From positions 4,340,001 to 4,404,000 of the forward strand of contig CP075495.1 of the NCBI GenBank assembly GCA_021613535.1: 64,000 nt of DNA, given 5' to 3'. This stretch comes from Adineta vaga (taxonomy: Eukaryota > Animalia > Rotifera). The first letter of the stretch is position 1. Each line of letters begins with the position of its first letter. This document shows, one piece after another, positions 54,067 through 64,000 of this stretch. Under the pieces are notes generated by a model, which ran no database searches, was not told the origin of the DNA, and saw only the letters and a program-made list of their open reading frames with translations. The position numbers and the translations under genes were made by a program.

Positions 54067-55802
54067 ATGAGTGATTCAGATTCGACAGCATTCTATCCGA
54101 ATACATTGATTGTAAAAGATATTTCGACATTTATTGATAATGAACAATTTGATCAAGCGTTTAATTATCTTATTTCATTAAATGATCAACAAATCTATGA
54201 AAATACATGGGATCTATGCACTTATTTCTTCTATTTATTGGAAAAATCATCAGATAAATTGTGCAATGAATATGAAATCTATGCACAAGATGCATTGACT
54301 TATGTAGCTGAACATGGCAATCCACGTGAAATGTTAATTATCATGTTAGAACAATCGGATAAATTCATATCTGATCAAATTTTTCTATTTCATATGAAAT
54401 TATTTCCTTTAATTCTTAAACGTTTACCAATTAAACCAAGTTTATTGAATTCACTTCGTGATATTCTTTCATTATTACAATGTCATTTAACTACACTAGA
54501 ATTACCTGCAATCAATAATGATTTTGCAGGTATGAAAAATTTCGTTGATTAGAAACCAAATAGATTGCATATATATTCTTTCTAGGAAAAGATCTTCTTA
54601 TATTTAATCATGATCATCGAATCAATAATCTACTAAAACTTACACAATCATGTGTAGAATTTTTCTGTGAACTTCGTGATTATTTTTCAACAACGGACAT
54701 TATTGATATTCGTCCAATGTTAACGAAATCATTAATATCAATTCTAGAAAATCCACTGATTTCATTAAGTTATGAACCTATTGATTCTCAAGAAAGTGCT
54801 TCCTTTACTTCTATTCGTTGTCTATTAGATTGTTTATTTACTCTCACTCCAAATCCAATTCAAATCATTGATAATAATGAACAACAATCGAATTTAATCT
54901 ATCTATTATTAACAAAAAAGGATTATTTTAATTCTTTACCTTGTGTTTATTCATCATGTTATTATTTATTTCTTAGTATTCCATTCATTCAACAACTAAC
55001 TCAAGATCGTGAACGTGTAATGTACACAGAAAAAGCTTGTGTACTTGTTTCGAATGTTTGTTCACGATTAATACCAATGAAAGAATTCGATCAATCGATA
55101 TTAGAGAATGATCAACTTCATCAACTTATTGATATATTAAAAACTCTGATGGTTCAATCACCTGCTCGACAATATGCACCATTAACAATCGGAGCTTATC
55201 GATCATTATTTCAAGCATTCAATCCACTTGGTCGTTATCATTTTCTTCGTCAACAACTAGCAAAAACACACTGTACAGAAGATTCTTATCGAACATTTCT
55301 TTGTAAATTGATTAAAGATGAATTTCTATCGGATTATCGATCATCAAGTCAAATCTATAAAGGTACATTATTATTTCAATTATTAGATTATTTATGTCGT
55401 TTACCCAATGGTGTTGAATCGAATTTACTTGAAATTTATGATTGTCTTTGTTCAACATTAAATTTCGTTCGTTTTATTGGTTTAATGGATAAACGACATG
55501 TTAATCGAACTTTATTTTGGACTGAACGTTTAAAACAATTCAATGAAACATTTATGAAACCATTGAGAAAATCAATTGAATTAGCTCGAGCACATTATAA
55601 ATTAGAAATACGAAATAAAGAAGAGGATAAAAGTCAACAATCACAACAATCGGTGGATTCAGAAATCTTAGTAGATAATAAACCATTATCAATGCCGAGT
55701 AAAGAAGAACAAATGGAAACATTACATACAGCCGTGACAAAATTCGATATTCTCGACTGTATACTTAGTAGTTTAAGTGATACATATGCTGGTGAACTGT
55801 AG
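54067..55802 (+). CDS. GLMN: Glomulin / ALF4 family (RBX1-binding CRL inhibitor), 2 exons
   Basis: GNPREMLIIMLE; LPNGVESNLLE...STLNFVRF...FMKPLRKSIELARAHY; intron at about 54530-54585. Confidence 0.85.
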
Positions 55803-56420
55803 TCAGTTTAATAGAGAACAAAAAACAAAAACGGTGTTTGGTTTTTTTGTTGCCATGTTTTAACAAACGTCTGATTTTAAATAAAAGATACTAAACTGTT
55901 TTGATAGTAAAATGTGAATTAGTTGTAAAATATATTCACAATTCGAAACAGATGAGAAGAAGACAATTGTTAAGCAATTGATAAAGACGAATAAGTTCAA
56001 AAGAAGAAAATAAAGTTCACTATTCAGACGTTCTTTACTTGACACGGAAGTTTATTTAGTCTATGAAATATATGAAAAGTATTAATTATCAAATTTACGA
56101 ACGGAAATATCTATGTAAATCTCTGTTTTGGCTTTTAGATTATAGGTGTCGCTAATATTCAATGAGTAATCGCTTATTTATTTACCAATGGTTTTACTGT
56201 AACCATTAAAAAATTTTCGAAATCTTTTCCCATCAAATATTGGTTGTTTGATATTCCAATGTTGTCCTCCTTCATTCCATTCCATTTAAATTGTTTATTT
56301 TTTATTTCCTCATTCTAAAATTTGAGATTTTCATTAATTCAACGAAAAGAAATCGATAATTTCGAATATTTTCATTCTTTGTTTTTTTTTACTTATGTCT
56401 TCTATTTTAGATAGGCAATC

Positions 56421-59400
56421 ATGCCACCACCAGTTCAATCCACTCAACCACCTGGTCAGCAATTGCCAACCCGTGAAAACGGTCAATTTAAAAAACTCTT
56501 GGTAAGTGTCAATATTTGTCCTCTAATAAGTAAATCAATTTTTTATATTAACATAGCGTTTTTATGAACAAAAACAATATAAAAAAGGTTTGACAACTTC
56601 TAGGGAAATATTAAAAAAATTTCCTAATCATGGCGGTAAGTGTTAAACAAATTTCAAAATCATCGATATATTTAGTTTTTTTTTTCTTCTTCTTAGAAAC
56701 ATTGGCGATGAAAGGCTTAATATTGAATTCAATGGGTAAAAAAGAAGAAGCATTAGAAAATATTCGTAGTGGAATTAAAAATAATATTACTAGTCATGTT
56801 GTTTGGCATGTTTACGGTTTATACCAACGAGCTGATCGTAAATATGATGAAGCAATAAAAGCTTATAAAAGAGCATTGCAATGTGAAAAAGTAGAGTATA
56901 ATTTTTGTTCATTGCAGGAGAAAAAAAAAGAAAGATTATTTCTTTGATTTAGGATAGCTTAACAATACTTCGTGATTTATCATTATTACAAATACAAATG
57001 CGTGATCTTGAGGGTTATAAAGTATGAAGAAAAAAATCTATGATTAGTTTTGTTTTATCTTTCAGTAATTGTAGGAAACACGTCATCAATTATTCAATTT
57101 AAAACCTGGTCAACGGCAATCATGGTTGGGTTTTGCTATGTCTTATCATTTATTAGGTGATTATGATATGGCACAAAGTGTTTTGGAAGAATTTCGTAAG
57201 ACTCAACAAGATCGTCCAACACCATCATCTGACAAAGCATATGACAATGAACATTCGGAATTTTTATTATATCAAAATCTTGTTCTTCGAGAAAGTGGAC
57301 AATATGAAGAAGCTTTACATCATATACAAATTCATGAAAAAGATATCTATAATAAATTAACTTTAGCAGAGATCAAATATGATTTATATATGCGATTGAA
57401 TTCTAATGATCGAGCGGAAACAATTTTACGTGATTTAATCGAACGTAATAATGAAAATAAGAAATATTATTATATGTTAGAAAAATGTTTGCATCTAACA
57501 AGTGTTGATGATAAAACAAAATTATATGAAAATCTTATGGAAAAATATCCCAAAGCAGATGCACCGAAACAAATCACGTTACAATTTCTAAGTGGTATGT
57601 AGTAGATGATGATTAGATAGTAGATAATAGGAAAATTGATTGATGAAAACTATTTATTTCATAGGTGATTCGTTTGTAAAATCGGTTGGAATATATTTAC
57701 AACGAGGATTTCAGAAAGGTGTTCCATCATTGTTTCAATCCGTTAAATTTTTATATGCAACTTCAGAAAAAGTGAGTGTAATTCGTTTTTGTTTGTATAT
57801 TTCTCATGAATATCTTTTTTCTTCATATAGATTCAAATAATAGATTCACTACTACGCACTTATTTAAATAATCTAACCAAATACGGAACATTCGAAACAC
57901 CCACAAGTAGGATTTCTTTATTAAGTACGAATCACAAATGATTATTTCTTCTTCATATGTAGATACAGAAAATCTAACAGAAGAAAGTGAACCAGCAACA
58001 AGTCTTCTTTGGCTTCAATATTATCTTGCGCAACATTATGATTATTTAGGTGATATTAACAAAGCGTTTGAATATATTAATCAAGCTATATGTGATACAC
58101 CAACGTTGGTCGAACTTTATATGTTCAAAGCAAAAATTTATAAGGTTAATTTTCTCGATAAACAAACTGTTTATCAAATTTTTAATTATTTAGCATGCCG
58201 GTGATTTTCAAACAGCTGCTTCTTGGATGGATGAAGCTCAATCACTTGATACAGCTGATCGATTTGTGAATTGTAAATGTACGAAGTATTTCTTACGTGC
58301 TAGTCAAATAAATACTGCACTTGAAACTGCTGGAAAATTTACACGAGTATGTATAAAAATCAAATAAATTTCGATCGTTTGATAAGATTATTTTGTTTGA
58401 AAACAATAAAAGGAAAATTCATCACCAGCTGAATATCTTCGTGAAATGCAATGTATGTGGTTTGAATTAGAAATTGCACGAGCTTATAGTCGATTGAAAA
58501 AGTTTGGTGAAGCATTAAAGAAATGTCATGAAATCGATCGAGTAGGTTGCTTTATTTTTAAATTTAAATCTAGAAAAAATTCTACTTTTGGTATATAGCA
58601 TTTTCAAGAATTTATTGATGATCAATTTGATTTCCATTCCTATTGTCTTCGAAAAATGGTCCTTTGTGCTTATGTTGACATGCTCAATTTAGAAGATCAT
58701 ATAAAAGGTCATCGATTTTTTCGTCAAGCTGCCGAACTTGCCGTTGAAGTAAATCGATTTGATCATTTATGTTAGAAATTCATTCATTTATATCTCTTCA
58801 GATCTACATTCGTCTGTATGATCATCCACCTTCGGAAGAAGATAATGATCAAAATGAGAATCTTTGTATGAAATATCATAATTGACTAATTTGATAGAAT
58901 GATAGTTTGTTTGTTTTTTAGCGAATATGTCTGCAAGTGAAGCAAAGAAATTGAAGAATAAATTACGTAAACAAAAGATGCGTGAAGAACAAGAAAAACA
59001 AAAACAAATTGAAGCTGAACGACGTAAAAAAGAATCTCAACGTCAACGAAATAAAGAAGATGGAGAAGAAGAAAAAGTCAAAGAAGATGAACTTATACCT
59101 GAAAAACTTGAACATGTATAGAAATGAATACATTATGTTGCATATCATTCATTCGAATATTTTCATTTCAGTGCGAAAAACCATTGGAAGAAGCGATGCG
59201 ATTTCTACAACCATTAGAAGATTTTTCAGGAAATTCTCTTCAAACACATTATCTAGGTTTTGAAGTTTATTATCGACGAAGTATGTTCATCGAGAATACT
59301 CAATAAAATCATTGTTAATTGTATTTCTTTAGAGAAATATCTCCTAATGTTACGTTGTTTAAAACGAATGAAAAAGATCGATACAAACAATGCAAAATTT

Positions 59401-60051
59401 CATTCATGCCTTATGAAATTTCTTAAACTAAGTGAGAATTACGAATGATTAAAGAAAAAATTGAAGTTTTTCTTTCTCTTTTAGTGGAAAGTGAACCCGT
59501 CAGTGATGAACGAATAAAAACATTAGTCGATGATGAATTGAAAATTTTTGGTGTTAAACAAGGAGATTCAGTAAAAAAAGTCGAAGAATTAAATGCGGAA
59601 TTTATCAAAAATAATTCCAATTCATTACCACATCGTGCTGAAGGTATATTTGAATTTTTCTCCTCAAATATTTTAATCTGTATATATTTAGCTGCAAAAA
59701 TCATGCTTTTAATCAATCCAACAAATAATCAAAAAGCAATTGAATATTTAACTGCATTAGATTCAAATTTTGCTGAACAAAATTTAAAAGTTTGTATTAT
59801 ATTTTCATCTTTGTTGTTTCCTTCTTCAACTTTCCTTCCTTCAGACATGTTCAACAATCTATAAAAATATGCAAGCAGGTAATTACGGTTCAATTGAATC
59901 TTCAATACTTGAAAATTATCGTCTTCAATGTAACCGTCTTTGGCCACAAGCAAATCTATTTCAGTTGAATCCTTCATCAACTTTCGATCAAAATTCACAA
60001 CCATCTTGTGATAGTCAAACAAATATTGGTGACGCTACATCGCCCAAATAA
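56421..60051 (+). CDS. NAA15: NatA auxiliary subunit (NAA15/16, TPR protein), many exons
   Basis: [42 protein letters not shown]; [19 protein letters not shown]; [10 protein letters not shown]; [13 protein letters not shown]. Confidence 0.96.
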
Positions 60052-60379
60052 TCACCGTCCGTTGATTCTTCCCCTTTCTCTCTCTCTCTAATCAGAGAAA
60101 TACTCAATATCGTTTCTTCGTTTCATGTATTACTGTACCCGTTTAGTCTCTTTCGTAAACAAGAAAAAAAAAGAATACCTCATCCTCGTTAAACATCTGT
60201 TGTTGTGATTGTCAAGAAAAAAAACATTTGTGTTTTTCTTTGTCAATGCCATATATCCATGTTGTAAGGTTTTATATTGGTTTTCATTTGTTCAAAATAA
60301 ACACTGCAAAAAAACAGAGAGCATATTAACAGTCATGAAAAGATTTTGGTTATGTTTTGTTCATTCATTTCATAGATTT

Positions 60380-60919
60380 ATGTCTGAGATTTTAACCAAG
60401 AAAATTTTGGTACTTGGAAGTCGATGGAGTGGTAAAAGTCTATTAATCAAACGTTTAGATGATCTATGTTCATCATCATCATCAACAACAAAGAATTCCA
60501 ATGAAGAATGTACATATACAACAACAGCAACTATTGGTAAAATATATACTCCGATTAAATATAAACGTAATCATACATTTGAATTACATGAACTTGGTGG
60601 AGCATTAGGTTGTTTATGGAAATCAATCTATTCAAATACAGATTTTAATAAGATTATTTATGTTATTGATTCAACTCAACCATGGTCCATTGCATATTCA
60701 TTAGAACAATTAAAAGAAATTATTGAACAAATAACAATTAAATCAAAAAATATTCTTTTAATTTTTAATAAAAGTAATGAAATTAATTCATTAACTAAAA
60801 CAGCATTAATGGAATTACTAGATGTAAATACAATTTGGAAAGATGATATTGAGATTATCGAAACAAATGCACGTCTTGGAACGAATTTGTCATCTGTACT
60901 CGATTGGTTAATCAAATAA
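60380..60919 (+). CDS. ARL16: ADP-ribosylation factor-like GTPase 16, intronless CDS
   Basis: G1 LGSRWSGKSLLIKRL, atypical G3 ELGG (characteristic of ARL16), G4 NKSN. The true ATG is 60380, just after an acceptor AG at 60374-60375. Confidence 0.88.
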   Translation: MSEILTKKILVLGSRWSGKSLLIKRLDDLCSSSSSTTKNSNEECTYTTTATIGKIYTPIKYKRNHTFELHELGGALGCLWKSIYSNTDFNKIIYVIDSTQPWSIAYSLEQLKEIIEQITIKSKNILLIFNKSNEINSLTKTALMELLDVNTIWKDDIEIIETNARLGTNLSSVLDWLIK

Positions 60920-61018
60920 AGTTTTCCTCTGTTCTATTTTTCTTAATAATCTCATGTATAGAAGGAAATTTTGCGAATACAATCATTGTTTTTGTAGATA
61001 AAAGAAACATTATCACCA

Positions 61019-61687
61019 ATGGATGAAACTGATCAATCGATATTCTCTTCACTTCATTGTATTCTATCACCTATTTCAAAAGCAACAGGTTCAGCAACAT
61101 TTACTTTAAATGATTCATTATGTACATGTTTACTCAATGGTCCAAGTGAACTTCGACAACAACAAGATTCTATGAATCGTCTTCAAGTCGATATTACATT
61201 TCAAGCTCGTCCAGGTACAAGTAATACGAATTCAACAGCAACTAAAGATAAACTTATTGAACAATGGCTTGAAACTTTAGTACATTCAAGTGTTTTAACT
61301 GAACATTATCCACGTTCACAAATTAATATTGTCATGTATGAAGAACAAAATCTTTCAGGTGAAGCAACTATTCTTGCATGTTTATGTAATACACTTTGTT
61401 TAACAATGCTTGATGCAAATTTACCAATGAAACATGCCTTTGCTGCTGTACCTATTGTTCAACATCCAACGAAAGGTCTTCTCTCATTACCAAAAACAAA
61501 AGATGAATTAGCTTCTTCAGCCTATTTTGTTTTCGTTTTTGAGATAACTTCACATGAAATATTAGCTATGCATGCTAGTGGACCATTTGATATGAAAATC
61601 ATGGAACAAGCAATTTCTATTGCCAAACCAATAGCTGGACAAATCTTTCAATTTTATAGACAAGAACTTGAAAAAAGATTATCTTAA
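61019..61687 (+). CDS. EXOSC5: Exosome complex component RRP46, intronless CDS
   Basis: RNase PH fold: GSATF...CLLNGPSE...HYPRSQINI...LACLCN..CL.MLDANLPM...IFQFYR. Confidence 0.88.
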   Translation: MDETDQSIFSSLHCILSPISKATGSATFTLNDSLCTCLLNGPSELRQQQDSMNRLQVDITFQARPGTSNTNSTATKDKLIEQWLETLVHSSVLTEHYPRSQINIVMYEEQNLSGEATILACLCNTLCLTMLDANLPMKHAFAAVPIVQHPTKGLLSLPKTKDELASSAYFVFVFEITSHEILAMHASGPFDMKIMEQAISIAKPIAGQIFQFYRQELEKRLS

Positions 61688-62028
61688 TAATAAATTCATG
61701 TTTTGTTATGAAATACTTTTCATTCGTAATATCACATACCTTGTTCTTTCTTTCTTTCTTTCTTTGACCTTGTTTTAACGATCACGATCGGTATCTATAC
61801 TTACAAAAGTACTGTGACAACTAACGAAAGTACAAAACCGATTTTTGAAAAGAAAGATTTGTTATAGTCAAGAACGATCGTGGAGATGGATTCTGATTTT
61901 ATCCTTTGAAGAGATGTACTTATATTCATTGAAGATGTTATTAATGAATATTGACAAGCGTATTAATTTTATTCTAGATGATGTTCATTCTTCAGATATA
62001 ACAGAAAAAGAACTATCAAGAGAAGAAT

Positions 62029-64000
62029 ATGTTTAAAGCCTATGCTTTATCGGAATCTTCAGTTAAAGACGAGGAAGAAAAAAAACCAATTGTAACACCA
62101 TCATTGAACGATAATACTCGTAATGGTAAATAAAATCAATTTCGATTATGAATTTCTATACAAGTTTCTATTCTGATAGAAAATACTTGGCTTGCAAATC
62201 GATCATTTACTGCCGAACCACCGATCACGTCATTTCAACAACTCCAACAACCCAAACAACCAATCAAATCTAGTCCAAATGTTGATGTTAAACCCAAAGA
62301 AGAAAAAAAACCAGTTCAATCCATTGTTGCCAAAACAAATGAAACAAAAGAGTATAGAATCAATTTAGAAGCATTGGAAAAATACGATAATAATTTAATT
62401 TATATTTTAGAGAAGTTTTTTATATTGATCGTCGTCGTGATCGTGCAAATATAAGTGTTCAATATACTACTGGTATTCCTCGTTATGGAAGTAAATTTTG
62501 TAATCAACGTCCATTGGGATCTCGAATTACGAAATCTAATCGTCAACAACGATTGATTCGTTATTTTCATCATAAAATTGAAGATGTTGATACGCATTCA
62601 ACAGATACATTTGTAATGGTTGATGATCGTTTAGAACAATTGAATGTTACAGTTCGTGAACAACCACATTCATTCGAAGCATGGAAAGAATTAATTGATT
62701 ATCAATTTTATCTATTTAAAGTTAATGGACAACAAGACAAATTAGCAGCATTATATAATAAACAATTATCAATTATTGAACGAGCATTAGAATTAAATTC
62801 AAATCGTTTACAATATCGTTTATTGAGATTAAATATTCGTACTCAATCACATCTATTTAGTCATGAATTACTTCTCAATGAATGGAAAATACTAATTAAA
62901 GATTGTCAAAAATCGAGTGATGATCGTACAATCAATGACACATGGTTTTCCTACATACAATTTTTACTTAATCGTATTGAAATCTTTTCAATTGAAATGT
63001 TAGATGAAACGTTTGTACAATATTTTTCCATTTATACATATTATATACAAACTCGAAGTGATAAACAACGAAGATTTCTAATTAATCATATGATAGGTAA
63101 GAATAATGATGTGTTTTCTTTTTCCAGTGAAAACGCACGGTTGTTTTTCTCTCGAGTAGATATGTTTCAGATTTGGACAAGTGTGTTACGTGATGCTGGA
63201 TATTGTCAACGAGCGATTAGTTTATATCAAATTATGATTGAATTACATATGGATTTGACCATGGAAACAAAAGTGGAGTTTTCGAACCGATTAGAAAATT
63301 TAGAAAAAACTTGGGATACAGATAAAACTCGGTATGATGAAAGTAGATTTTATCGTCGTTTATTCTTATGATTACTTTCTTTGTTAGATTCGGAGAACAT
63401 GTTGATGTTGAAAATCCAATTTCGTACATTGAAAATGAACTTTCGGCATTATCTGAATATGAAAATCGATTGTTTGATTCGACATATCAATCATGGAATT
63501 TGATTGAACAGATACGAATGAATTTTTATCAATTAAAACTACTTAATCATGGTATTCATTTTCATTCTGAACTAGTTCAAACATTAACAGATTCGAGTCA
63601 AATCGATACTGAACTTTCTAATATATCATTTCAACGTTCACTTCGACCATTTCTATTTGAATTCAATGATCAACGACAATTTCTTCAACTTATTATTTAT
63701 TATCTTCATTTTCTCAATGCTTTACCACATTTAACAATTTTACAAGAGATTTTAAATCGATTGAAAATTTCTTTATCAAATTATTTACACGAACAATTAT
63801 TTCTTGAAAATGAATTTCTTCAGCTTTATCCTTTAATTCATTCGAGATCATTCATACAAACTGAAGAGTATTTTTCACTCGACTATATTTCCAAAGTCTA
63901 CGAACAAATTATCGAAATACCGTCATTAAAATTATATAAAATTGATTTTATTCTTCTCTATTGGTATTATCTTGCAAGAAACGTTCTCGAAATCAAACAA
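62029..64000 (+). CDS. NRDE2: NRDE2-like nuclear exosome/RNAi factor, partial (runs off the window end)
   Basis: MFKAYA...WLANRSF N-terminus; FYIDRRRDRANI; LNVTVREQPHSFEAWKELIDYQ; KQLSIIERALE; LRDAGYCQRAISLYQ..IE; WDTDKTRFGE. Confidence 0.85.

Noticed and set aside
53443-56420. Extending the operon upstream to PHACTR and glomulin
   Set aside because: The gaps are about 620 nt and contain possible donors and room for promoters, so the sequence alone does not support it.
56496-56507. 12-nt similarity to the reverse complement of the rotifer spliced leader, as I recall it
   Set aside because: It is just the NAA15 exon 1/intron junction; there is no full SL exon or Sm site.
60209-60379. 57-aa N-terminal extension of ARL16 in the ORF track
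   Set aside because: It starts at TTG within the NAA15 3' UTR and spans its poly(A) signal; the real ATG is 60380.

Overview
AT-rich eukaryotic genomic DNA with dense genes broken by many short (about 50-70 nt) GT-AG introns. The gene set is metazoan and the style fits a bdelloid rotifer; that assignment is an inference. About 20 protein-coding genes can be modelled: FHOD formin (5' part), NELF-A, PIH1D2, a small Cys-rich orphan, FoxQ2, a SOCS-box protein, VWA3B, a miniature neurexin-like protein, an ADP-ribosyltransferase/TM/LamG gene, CFAP57-like, a PHD-coiled-coil-PH protein, two orphans, EFHD/swiprosin, PHACTR, glomulin, NAA15, ARL16, EXOSC5 and NRDE2 (partial). I found no rRNA, tRNA, CRISPR or intact mobile element. 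The top finding is at 26548-29433. Three separate track ORFs and two small exons splice in frame into one 764-aa type II membrane protein. It has a cytoplasmic toxin-like R-S-E ADP-ribosyltransferase and two extracellular LamG/ConA-like domains, i.e. a candidate 'receptor ADP-ribosyltransferase'. The second finding is an operon-like NAA15-ARL16-EXOSC5(-NRDE2) array with apparently unpaired splice acceptors, consistent with SL trans-splicing. All family calls come from motif recognition by eye; no database search was run.
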